Assembly (NCBI GenBank): GCA_028286525.1
Contig: JAQBRL010000016.1
Span: 17,924 to 81,923 of the forward strand
Reading direction: 5' to 3'
Length of the DNA: 64,000 bases
Source: Parcubacteria group bacterium
GTDB taxonomy: Bacteria > Patescibacteriota > Minisyncoccia > Phycocordibacterales > Phycocordibacteraceae
A program made the translations under genes and the position numbers. This document shows positions 1-8,256 of the stretch, piece after piece. How positions within the stretch are numbered: position 1 is the first letter of the stretch; each line of letters starts with the position of its first letter. A model generated the notes under the pieces. The model was not told where the DNA came from and did no database searches. It worked only from the letters and a program-made list of their open reading frames with translations.

Positions 1-525
1 AGCGGCAAGAGCGTGATAACACCGCTTGCCGGCGGCAGGCTCGTGGGCGCGCTCCAATTATCTGCGCCCGACATCCTCCTGCGTAATATCGCGCCGGAAA
101 GCACGGTAGGCATCGTGCATGCCGGCAGCGAGACCCGTGCCTTCTTCATACTGAAAGTCCTCTCGTACGAACGCACGTTCGCCGGCATGCTGCAATGGGA
201 AGGACGCATGCAATCGGATCTCGCTACGCTCTATCCAGAATATCCTCTTCCGGTAGCAACGCCCACCGTCGTTACCACCACGAAGATCGTGAACGGGAGG
301 AAGGTCGTGGCGACCACGACCGTCGCAGCAGCCCCGGTGTTCAGCGCGGCACCTCATTTCGTCGATGAAGTCGCCTCGAATCACGATGTGCGGGCGCTCA
401 AGGATGGTCACGGTCAGACGATCCTGCTGTACGGATACAAAGATAAAGAGACACTTATCATCGCCCGCAACGAAGCGGCATTCGCGGAACTGCTGAATCG
501 TCTGGCTGCGACCAAGCAGCAATAG
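1..525 (+). CDS. Hypothetical protein, probably a C-terminal fragment truncated by the window edge
   Basis: Frame is open from position 1 to TAG at 525; no recognisable motif. Confidence 0.6.
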   Translation, partial: SGKSVITPLAGGRLVGALQLSAPDILLRNIAPESTVGIVHAGSETRAFFILKVLSYERTFAGMLQWEGRMQSDLATLYPEYPLPVATPTVVTTTKIVNGRKVVATTTVAAAPVFSAAPHFVDEVASNHDVRALKDGHGQTILLYGYKDKETLIIARNEAAFAELLNRLAATKQQ

Positions 526-561
526 ATTGTCGCTGTACCTCCTCGTGCTACAGTAGCGGGC

Positions 562-912
562 ATGGATACGACACATTTTCGCGATCTTCTAACGCAAGAG
601 AAGACTACGCTTGAAGCCCAGCTTGCGACCGTCGGCCGCAAGAATCCCTCGAACCCTGCTGATTGGGAAGCGGTTCCTTCCGAGACGGGGCAAGAAGCCG
701 ATCCGAACGATCGCGCGACCGTTCTCGACACGTACGGGGAGAACACCGCCATCCTTACCGACCTAGAAATTCGTTTAGGGGAAGTGAACGCAGCACTCGT
801 ACGCATCGAAGCCGGAACTTACGGCGTCTGTCCGATCGGCGGAGAAGAGATAGAGATCGAACGCCTGACCGCAGACCCAGCAGCAAATACCTGCAAGGCT
901 CATTTGGTCTAA
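562..912 (+). CDS. TraR/DksA-family transcription factor
   Basis: Coiled coil with DPND (DxxD) tip and C-terminal GTYGVCPIGGEEIEIERLTADPAANTC; TGC-TACAGT -10 box 7 nt upstream. Confidence 0.85.
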   Translation: MDTTHFRDLLTQEKTTLEAQLATVGRKNPSNPADWEAVPSETGQEADPNDRATVLDTYGENTAILTDLEIRLGEVNAALVRIEAGTYGVCPIGGEEIEIERLTADPAANTCKAHLV

Positions 913-972
913 CGCAGGAGCGTTATGCAGACGCGCGGCCTCCGGCCGCGCGTCTTGCGTTACAATAAGCAC

Positions 973-2514
973 GTGGCCGCTCGCACCGCCCCACCCAAAA
1001 TAGAGACGCATGGCTATGCGCGCCTGTTCGCCGCACAGCCGCTCGGCGCTTCCGCTGAACTCGTCACCATCGAGGTGGATTTGACGCGCGGACTGCATTC
1101 TTTTTCCATAGTCGGGCTCGCCGATAAGGCGGTGGAGGAAGCGCGTGACCGCATCGCTGCGGCGATACGGCACAGCGGTTTCAAATCCCCGAAATCGGAG
1201 AATCGCCGCATCGTACTCTCGCTTTCGCCCGCGGACCTCAAGAAGGAGGGGTCGCATTACGACCTCGCGCTCGCGCTCGGGTATCTCGCGGCCCAAGGCG
1301 AGTTCGAACTCCCTGCGGAAGCAGCACTCTTCGCAGGCGAGCTTTCGCTCGACGGGAGACTCCGCACCACCCGCGGCATCCTTCCGCAGGTGCTTGCGGC
1401 AGCGCGGGCCGGATTCAAGACGGTATACGTCCCGCCCGGAAACGCGGAAGAAGCCCTCCTTGCGCCGGGGGTCACGGTATACGCGCCTGCGACGCTCAAG
1501 GAACTCATCGAACACCTGAACGGAACCGCTCCCCTCGTTCCTGCCACGAGCACGCATGACCGAGCCACGCCAAAGCCGCTGGTGGACCTCGCTGATATTA
1601 AAGGACAAGAGAGCGCGAAGCGTGCGCTCGAGATCGCTGCCGCCGGACGGCATAATCTCGTACTGTATGGGCCGCCCGGCACCGGCAAAACCCTGCTCGC
1701 GCGAGCCCTAGCAGGCATTCTTCCGCCTTTAACGCCCGACGAAGTGCTCGAAGTCACGGCGATACATTCCACGGCAGGGACGCTGCGCGAAGGGGCGCTA
1801 TTCCATCCGCCCTTGCGCGCGCCACATCACACCATATCGCATACGGCGATGGTAGGTGGGGGAGCGTATCCGCGCGCGGGCGAAGTAACGCTGGCGCACA
1901 AAGGCATTCTCTTTCTGGACGAGTTCCCGGAATTCGACGCACGCACCCTGGAAGCGCTTCGGCAGCCGCTCGAGGACCGGGTCGTGACGGTCTCGCGCGC
2001 TCGTGCGAGCATCACGTTTCCTGCCGACTGCATGGTGGTCGCCGCCATGAATCCGGCAGACACGCTTTCAGCTGATGCAGAAGTGGCCGTGCGGCAGGCC
2101 CTCAAGCAAGCGCGCAAGATATCTCGTCCCATCGCTGACCGTCTCGATCTGTGGATAGAAGTCCCGCACATTCCGCACGAAGCCCTCGCGCAGCTGGGCG
2201 AAGGGGAGTCCTCCGAAGCGGTACGCGCGCGGGTGGCGGGTGCACGTGCGCGCATGCAGGCCCGTGCCGGTACCGATGTAGTGAACGCGCGGCTGACGCC
2301 GCGCGAGCTCACCGAGAGCAGTGGATTCACCGAAGAGGCGAAGCAAGCGTTGCTTAGTGCGGCGACTAAGCTCGATCTGTCTCCGCGAGCGTACCACCGC
2401 GTGATGCGGGTCGCTCGTACTATCGCGGACCTGGCCGGCGCAGGCAGCGTCACCTCGGCCCATATCTTCGAATCGCTGCAGTACCGCCCGCGCGGCATGT
2501 TCGGATTCGAATGA
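973..2514 (+). CDS. comM: YifB/ComM Mg-chelatase-like AAA+ ATPase
   Basis: [39 protein letters not shown] and [19 protein letters not shown] motifs; GTG start 6 nt after TACAAT. Confidence 0.92.
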   Translation: MAARTAPPKIETHGYARLFAAQPLGASAELVTIEVDLTRGLHSFSIVGLADKAVEEARDRIAAAIRHSGFKSPKSENRRIVLSLSPADLKKEGSHYDLALALGYLAAQGEFELPAEAALFAGELSLDGRLRTTRGILPQVLAAARAGFKTVYVPPGNAEEALLAPGVTVYAPATLKELIEHLNGTAPLVPATSTHDRATPKPLVDLADIKGQESAKRALEIAAAGRHNLVLYGPPGTGKTLLARALAGILPPLTPDEVLEVTAIHSTAGTLREGALFHPPLRAPHHTISHTAMVGGGAYPRAGEVTLAHKGILFLDEFPEFDARTLEALRQPLEDRVVTVSRARASITFPADCMVVAAMNPADTLSADAEVAVRQALKQARKISRPIADRLDLWIEVPHIPHEALAQLGEGESSEAVRARVAGARARMQARAGTDVVNARLTPRELTESSGFTEEAKQALLSAATKLDLSPRAYHRVMRVARTIADLAGAGSVTSAHIFESLQYRPRGMFGFE

Positions 2515-4035
2515 TCACGTCAGAATCGGGTCGGCATAGAGTCCATGGGTCAGATCCTCTTTTGCTGCCCATTTTTGCAATCGTGAACCTACCTTCTCGA
2601 GTCGCGTGTCCGGTGGCGTAGCGTTCGTTATGAATACTCGTACGACCTTAAGCGGAAGCTCCGACTGCAAGTCAGCGACGATAATCTCATGACCCATATC
2701 CTTCAGACGCTTCAAGAGCGTCTCGATTGAATCGATCTCTTTATCGGGTTGCCAGGTAACGGGAGAAGGCGTAAGCACATGCTCTAGGTGCGTACGATAG
2801 AGCGGATCCGACCACGCGAGTTCCGGCTTTCCGAGTACTCCTGTTACGCTGACCACCTCTTTCCATTGGAAATGTTCGTTGAGTACGACATCGAGTCCCG
2901 CATACATCTGCACCGTTTCGCATACGGCGCGTGCAACGGCGACTTCCCAGCTGAACGATGCGCCCGTTCCATGCGAGAACGCAGGGATACCTCCTCTTGT
3001 ATCCATAAGGACCGCATGCGCTATAGGTACGCCCCAGTCGAGCGACATATCTTTAAGTACTAGCTTGAATCCAAGGGTTTCGAGAAGACGCACTATCTCT
3101 TGTATCGTGGGATCGAGAGCAGGAAGCAATCCAAGATCTATGTCCGGACCGTTGATGCGGCAGCGCATCGTTATCCAATACGCGTCTCTCTCGAGGACCT
3201 CGAAGATTCCGCTGAGTGTCGCATCTTCGAGCGATGCACCGGCGGCGAGCCCCATGGTGTGATGGAGGGAAAAGAGCCGAGTCCTGGTCAATTTCGGTAT
3301 GTATTCGTAATAGGCGAGTTCAGCAGGCACGAAGCAGTCTTCATCGCGGGAAATATTTCGCGCAGGAATCCACTCGGTGAGTTGGGCGCTCGAGAAAGCA
3401 TCTCGAGGACCCGTGAGTTCCCCGAGATCCCAATTCTTTCGATGGTACAGATGCTCATAGGTGTCGATAGAAATACGATTCCGCGCCTGTTCGCCCGGTC
3501 CGATACCTGTCACGCGTTCAACCCCTTCCGCGAGCGCTGACCTGATCGCCTGCTCTTCGGTTATGCCTTTGCCTTCTGCAATGACCCCACCGTCTGCGTC
3601 ATGAAGATAAAAGACCGGACAAAGCGCATCGAAAGCATTTTTAAGAAATGTTCTTTTCCCGAGACTGAATCCGCTCTGCTGTAACCCGGACTCGACACTC
3701 TTCCAGTCGATGCTCGTCTTGTTCATTGAAGTCCGTGTGCCTTTGTTCTCAATGTCAGAAAAGACCAATTCGAGGGAGGGCTCGGCTGATTTCTCCCGCG
3801 TACCTTCGAATTGAAAACCCTCGGTCGCGCAGAATGCCTCAAGAAGAGCGGCCTGCTCGGTCTCTTTCGGAGAGAGGGAAGGCGGAAGGAATCCATGGAT
3901 CTTTTTATATGAGAATGCATCAAGAAGCCGTCGAGCTTCCTCGATTTTGTATACCGAAAGTATTTCGGCTCCATCAGGCAATGAATAGATTCCCTTACCT
4001 GGGAAGAAGGTGATGTATCGCTCGTGATTAGTCAT
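2515..4035 (-). CDS. YcaO-family protein (stand-alone)
   Basis: GKG..AIRSALAEGVER, GLAAG, EVLERDA and ARAVCETVQ ATP/Mg-binding motifs of YcaO. Confidence 0.88.
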   Translation of the reverse strand: MTNHERYITFFPGKGIYSLPDGAEILSVYKIEEARRLLDAFSYKKIHGFLPPSLSPKETEQAALLEAFCATEGFQFEGTREKSAEPSLELVFSDIENKGTRTSMNKTSIDWKSVESGLQQSGFSLGKRTFLKNAFDALCPVFYLHDADGGVIAEGKGITEEQAIRSALAEGVERVTGIGPGEQARNRISIDTYEHLYHRKNWDLGELTGPRDAFSSAQLTEWIPARNISRDEDCFVPAELAYYEYIPKLTRTRLFSLHHTMGLAAGASLEDATLSGIFEVLERDAYWITMRCRINGPDIDLGLLPALDPTIQEIVRLLETLGFKLVLKDMSLDWGVPIAHAVLMDTRGGIPAFSHGTGASFSWEVAVARAVCETVQMYAGLDVVLNEHFQWKEVVSVTGVLGKPELAWSDPLYRTHLEHVLTPSPVTWQPDKEIDSIETLLKRLKDMGHEIIVADLQSELPLKVVRVFITNATPPDTRLEKVGSRLQKWAAKEDLTHGLYADPILT

Positions 4036-4044
4036 TTTCTAGAG

Positions 4045-4077
4045 CAGTAAGGCCACTTCGAAGAAGCGGCCTTACTG
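4045..4077 (-). terminator. Stem-loop between the precursor ORF and ycaO (attenuator or stabiliser)
   Basis: CAGTAAGGCC-acttcgaagaagc-GGCCTTACTG inverted repeat; no U-tract. Confidence 0.6.
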
Positions 4078-4099
4078 GTACGGATGCGTGGCGCGGACG

Positions 4100-4279
4100 C
4101 TACGCGAGTCCGTAGGAACTTTCTCCCTGGCCAGCCATAAGCGACCGGCTAGAGGTGCGAAGGCTCGAGGCCTGATCCTGTCCCACCGTGATGGAGGCAG
4201 AAGAGACCTGACCTTGGCCCGCCATCAAGGGATACATGGTCTTTCCTTGGGCAGCGGTAAAACCGAGACGTTTTTGCAT
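4100..4279 (-). CDS. Putative RiPP precursor peptide, 59 aa (below the ORF-track cutoff)
   Basis: Hand translation MQKRLGFTAAQGKTMYPLMAGQGQVSSASITVGQDQASSLRTSSRSLMAGQGESSYGLA*; internal repeats; same strand and directly upstream of ycaO. Confidence 0.72.
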   Translation of the reverse strand: MQKRLGFTAAQGKTMYPLMAGQGQVSSASITVGQDQASSLRTSSRSLMAGQGESSYGLA

Positions 4280-4330
4280 ACGCGGTCTCGTTAATTGCTA
4301 AGTGCTTCACCAGAACCTATCTAGTGATGC

Positions 4331-4442
4331 TTGTAAATACTAGGGTGAGGCGTATAATATGTCATATCCGTCGACATGCACTCATAAAACGTCCTTTCTA
4401 TGACAAAAAATAAGGAAATACGTGTTGTCAGTAACGCCGACA
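4331..4442. promoter_or_regulatory. Overlapping divergent sigma70 promoters with two TGTC-N9-GACA operator-like palindromes
   Basis: Plus strand TTGTAA(4331)-16-TATAAT(4353); minus strand ATGACA(4365-4360)-17-TAGTAT(4342-4337); palindromes at 4360-4376 and 4426-4442. Confidence 0.55.
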
Positions 4443-4454
4443 GAAATTAACTGC

Positions 4455-5198
4455 ATGAATCAGCAGAACAGTTTTCAGATATCGCTTGAGGGCCTCGGAC
4501 TTAGCGAAAACGAGTCCCGAGTCTACCTTTCCATGCTTTCGCTCGGTCCCGCGAGCATTTTGAACATATCCAAGGCTGCCGACGTGAATAGGACCACTAT
4601 CTATAACGTGATCGAGAACCTGAATCGGAAGGGGCTTACTCGAGTCGATGCGCAGGGCTTCAAGAAATTGTATGTGGCTGAGCACCCCCGGAGGCTGGAA
4701 ACGATGCTCGAACGCAGAAAAGACGATTTCAAAGAGCTTTTCCCTGAATTAGAAGCCCTCTTTAACCTGAAGGGCGGCCAATCCTTCGTTCGATATTACG
4801 AAGGGTCCGAGTCCGTGCGGAATCTGTACTTCGATCTGCTCGATGAGCTCGAGCATAACGAAGAATTCCTCGTCATCGGCGACCCTGAGAAATGGGAACA
4901 GGTGAACAAGAGCTTCGGCGCTGAATTCATCAAGCAGCGCAACAAACGGAAGCTCCGCATTCGGATGATGCTGACGGATTCGGAGACAGGGCGGAAATAT
5001 AAGCAGTTCGAGCGGAATTTCCAAGAAGAGATCAAGTTCCTTCCTGCCGATTCGCGCATCGACACCAATCTGGTCATCACCTTGCGGAAGATCCTTATCC
5101 AACAGATGGTGAACCCGATAGTAGCCGTCACTATCGAGACGGGCAGCATCGTTACTATGCATCAAGAACTGTTCAATGTGATGTGGCGCACCTTATAG
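4455..5198 (+). CDS. TrmB-family transcriptional regulator
   Basis: N-terminal LGLSENESRVYLSML...ISKAADVNRTTIYNVIENLNRKGL wHTH followed by a VRYYEG effector domain. Confidence 0.88.
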   Translation: MNQQNSFQISLEGLGLSENESRVYLSMLSLGPASILNISKAADVNRTTIYNVIENLNRKGLTRVDAQGFKKLYVAEHPRRLETMLERRKDDFKELFPELEALFNLKGGQSFVRYYEGSESVRNLYFDLLDELEHNEEFLVIGDPEKWEQVNKSFGAEFIKQRNKRKLRIRMMLTDSETGRKYKQFERNFQEEIKFLPADSRIDTNLVITLRKILIQQMVNPIVAVTIETGSIVTMHQELFNVMWRTL

Positions 5199-5215
5199 CG
5201 CGTTATACTTCTCGT

Positions 5216-6970
5216 ATGCAAGTCACCGAAAGCGAACTGAAAACATTCATCCTCGATTCTGGACTCGTACCGCGCAAGGACGTGGACGCGGCCGACGAAG
5301 AGGCGAAGAAACGTAATCAATCCATCGGCGACATACTCGTCTCGCAAGGCGCACTGACGTCCGACGCATTGCGCCGCATCAAGGCGTACGTGCTCGGCAT
5401 TCCATTCGTGAATCTCAAGGATAAGAAGATACCGCTCGAGGTGCTCTCGCTCATCCCGGAACCTATCGCGCGCACGCATAGCATCATCGGCTTCCGCAAA
5501 GAGGGGAATGAGCTGGAGGTCGCCATGCTCGATACGCAGGACCTTCCCGCCATCGACTCGGTGCGCAAGAAGACGGGGCTGAAGATATTGCCGCGCCTCA
5601 CCGACGACGAATCGCTCAAGCATGCCCTCATGCAGTACCAGAAGTCGCTGAAGGAGGAGTTCGGCGACCTCATCGCCACCGAAGCGGGACGCATCAACGT
5701 CGTGAAGGACGCGAGCGGAGACGACGTTACGGGAGAAGAGCTCAAGAAGATGGCGGAAGACCTGCCCATCGTCCGCATCGTCGATACGCTTCTGCGCCAC
5801 GCCATCATCCAAGACGCGTCCGATATCCATATCGAACCAATGGAAGAGGCGACCCTCGTGCGGTATCGCATCGACGGTATCCTGCACGACGCGATGACGC
5901 TTCCGAAGAATGCGGGTCCGGGCATCACCGCACGCATCAAAGTGCTCGCCAACCTCAAGCTCGACGAGAAGCGCCTGCCGCAAGATGGTCGGTTCAAGAT
6001 GGAGACCGATGCCGATAAGGTCTCGTTCCGCGTGTCGCTCCTCCCGACCTATTACGGCGAGAAGATCGTGATGCGTCTTCTGCGCGAGACGGGAGAGGGC
6101 TTCACGCTCGAAGCGCTCGGCTTCCATGGCGAGAGCCTCGAGCGCATCCATTCGGCGACGAAGCAGACCACCGGCATCATCCTCATATCGGGGCCGACCG
6201 GTTCCGGTAAGACGACGACGCTGTATACCGTGCTCGATATCCTGAATCGTCCGGACGTGAATATTTCCACCATCGAGGACCCTATCGAGTACCAGATGAA
6301 GCGCGTGAACCAGACGCAGGTGAACCCCACCATCGGCTTTACCTTCGCGTCGGGACTCCGCGCCCTCCTGCGCCAGGACCCGAACGTCATCATGGTGGGA
6401 GAGATACGCGACGGTGAAACGGCATCGCTCGCCATCAATGCGGCGCTCACCGGACACATCGTGCTTTCCACTATCCATACGAACTCTGCCGCAGGCGCTA
6501 TTCCGCGCCTCATGGATATGGGCGTCGAACCGTTCCTTCTCGTCTCTACGCTCCGCCTGGTCGTGGGGCAGCGTCTTGTCCGTCGCCTCTGCGACGACAA
6601 GGAGCAGTACACGCTTGATGATAAGGAACGTGCCAAAGTCGCTCCCGCTGAGAAATTCGACGCGGCATTCAAGTCGCTCGAAGACGAAAAGCTCGTGAAA
6701 GAAGGGAGCAAACTCGACACGCTCCCGTTCTATCATCCGAAACCGTCAGGAGAATGCGAGGACGGCTATAAGAGCCGTATCGGTATCCACGAGATCCTTA
6801 CGGTATCCCCCGCGATACGCGAATTGATACTGCACAGCGAAGGACCCGACGCGGTGGAAGCGCAGGCACGCAAGGAAGGCATGCTCACCATGCTCGAAGA
6901 CGGACTCTACAAAGCGGCGCGGGGCATTACCTCGCTTGAGGAAGTGTTGCGCGCAGTGAACGACGGATAA
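5216..6970 (+). CDS. pilB: Type IV pilus assembly ATPase, PilB/GspE family
   Basis: ASDIHIEP, PQDGR, GPTGSGKTT, TIEDPIEY, LRQDPNVIMVGEIRD motifs. Confidence 0.9.
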   Translation: MQVTESELKTFILDSGLVPRKDVDAADEEAKKRNQSIGDILVSQGALTSDALRRIKAYVLGIPFVNLKDKKIPLEVLSLIPEPIARTHSIIGFRKEGNELEVAMLDTQDLPAIDSVRKKTGLKILPRLTDDESLKHALMQYQKSLKEEFGDLIATEAGRINVVKDASGDDVTGEELKKMAEDLPIVRIVDTLLRHAIIQDASDIHIEPMEEATLVRYRIDGILHDAMTLPKNAGPGITARIKVLANLKLDEKRLPQDGRFKMETDADKVSFRVSLLPTYYGEKIVMRLLRETGEGFTLEALGFHGESLERIHSATKQTTGIILISGPTGSGKTTTLYTVLDILNRPDVNISTIEDPIEYQMKRVNQTQVNPTIGFTFASGLRALLRQDPNVIMVGEIRDGETASLAINAALTGHIVLSTIHTNSAAGAIPRLMDMGVEPFLLVSTLRLVVGQRLVRRLCDDKEQYTLDDKERAKVAPAEKFDAAFKSLEDEKLVKEGSKLDTLPFYHPKPSGECEDGYKSRIGIHEILTVSPAIRELILHSEGPDAVEAQARKEGMLTMLEDGLYKAARGITSLEEVLRAVNDG

Positions 6971-7012
6971 TACCGGCGGGTACGCGTATCAGCGCGTGCT
7001 AAACTTTTTCCA

Positions 7013-8230
7013 ATGAAGTTCCGCGTGAAGCTGAAGACGGAGAACGGGACCGAGGAGACGCGCATCATGGATACGTTGTCGCGTTTCGCCGTATATGGCG
7101 ACGCTGAAAAAGAAGGAGCCACCGTTATTTCCATAGAAGAAGGAGGGGCGAAGGGGCTCTCGCTCGGAAAGATCGCTTCGTTCAATATCGGGAGCGGTAT
7201 CAAGACGGAAGAACGCATCACGCTGACGAAAAACCTTTCAGCGATGCTTTCAGCGGGTCTCACGCTTTCGCGCGCGCTCGCGGTCATCGAGCGGCAAAGC
7301 CGCAATAAGAACCTCAAGAAGGTCGTTTCCGACCTCGAGGAGCAGGTGAAGAAGGGCACGTCCTTCCATGAAGCGCTGATGCTGCACGCGAAGATCTTCT
7401 CCAAGCTCTTCATTGCGATGACCAAGGCCGGCGAAGAGTCCGGTACGCTCGCGGATGCGCTCAAGGTGGTCGCGCGGCAGATGGACCGCTCGTACACGCT
7501 CGAAAAGAAGATCCGCGGCGCCATGATCTATCCGGGCATCATCCTTTCGGCCATCGTTGTCATCGGTATCCTCATGCTCATATACGTGGTGCCGACCCTC
7601 TCGAGCACGTTCAAGGAACTGGGTGTCGCGCTCCCGCTTGCGACGCGCATCATCGTGAATGCGTCCGACTTCATGGCGCACCACGTGCTGGAGGTGTTCG
7701 GCATCGTAGCGGTCTTCTTCGGGAGCATATTCGCTTTCACTCACTCAAAATTCGGAGGGCACGTCATCCTCGCGGTTTCCCTGCAATTACCCGTTATCGG
7801 GGACCTCGTGCGCGAGACATTCGCCGCACGCGCCGCACGCGCACTCGCCTCGCTTCTGGCGTCTGGCGTTGAAATGCTTTCCGCCGTCGAAATAGCCGCT
7901 GAAGTGGTGGGCGATAACTCGTTCGGTAAAGTGGTGACCGAGGCGGGTACGCGCGTGAGAAAGGGCGAAGCGCTTTCGGCAGCGTTCGCGGATCACCCGA
8001 AGCTCTATCCCTTCTTCATCGCCGATATGATCGCCGTGGGCGAAGAGACCGGAAAGGTCGCCGACATGCTAGGACAGGTTGCCGACTACTACGAAACGGA
8101 TGTCGAAGATCGCACCAAAGATCTCTCCACCATCATCGAACCGATGCTTATGCTCGTGATCGGCGTCGCGGTCGGTATCTTCGCGCTCGCCATGATCACT
8201 CCTATTTACTCCCTTTCCTCGAAGATCTAA
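7013..8230 (+). CDS. pilC: Type IV pilus platform protein PilC/GspF
   Basis: AGEESGTL, KIRGAMIYP, VGEETGKV and IIEPMLM motifs with transmembrane segments. Confidence 0.9.
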   Translation: MKFRVKLKTENGTEETRIMDTLSRFAVYGDAEKEGATVISIEEGGAKGLSLGKIASFNIGSGIKTEERITLTKNLSAMLSAGLTLSRALAVIERQSRNKNLKKVVSDLEEQVKKGTSFHEALMLHAKIFSKLFIAMTKAGEESGTLADALKVVARQMDRSYTLEKKIRGAMIYPGIILSAIVVIGILMLIYVVPTLSSTFKELGVALPLATRIIVNASDFMAHHVLEVFGIVAVFFGSIFAFTHSKFGGHVILAVSLQLPVIGDLVRETFAARAARALASLLASGVEMLSAVEIAAEVVGDNSFGKVVTEAGTRVRKGEALSAAFADHPKLYPFFIADMIAVGEETGKVADMLGQVADYYETDVEDRTKDLSTIIEPMLMLVIGVAVGIFALAMITPIYSLSSKI

Positions 8231-8256
8231 AGGATTCGGTGCGTTATCATACCTGC

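Noticed and set aside
973-2514. comM disrupted by an integrated element
   Set aside because: comM is intact through its C-terminal motif; the YcaO cassette begins after its stop codon
4259-4270. RLGF in the peptide resembles the McrA thioglycine-region sequence recognised by methanogen YcaO
   Set aside because: Only a four-residue match; the downstream YDLQD-type residues and TfuA are absent, so it is likely coincidence
4088-4294. 68-aa plus-strand ORF in the ORF track
   Set aside because: Antisense shadow of the precursor ORF; the minus frame shows protein-level repeats and correct operon orientation
5162-6736. Long antisense ORFs (also 38434-39651, 42164-43318, 50630-51757, 59946-61085)
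   Set aside because: They mirror well-conserved genes and are expected from GC-rich codon bias; no motifs
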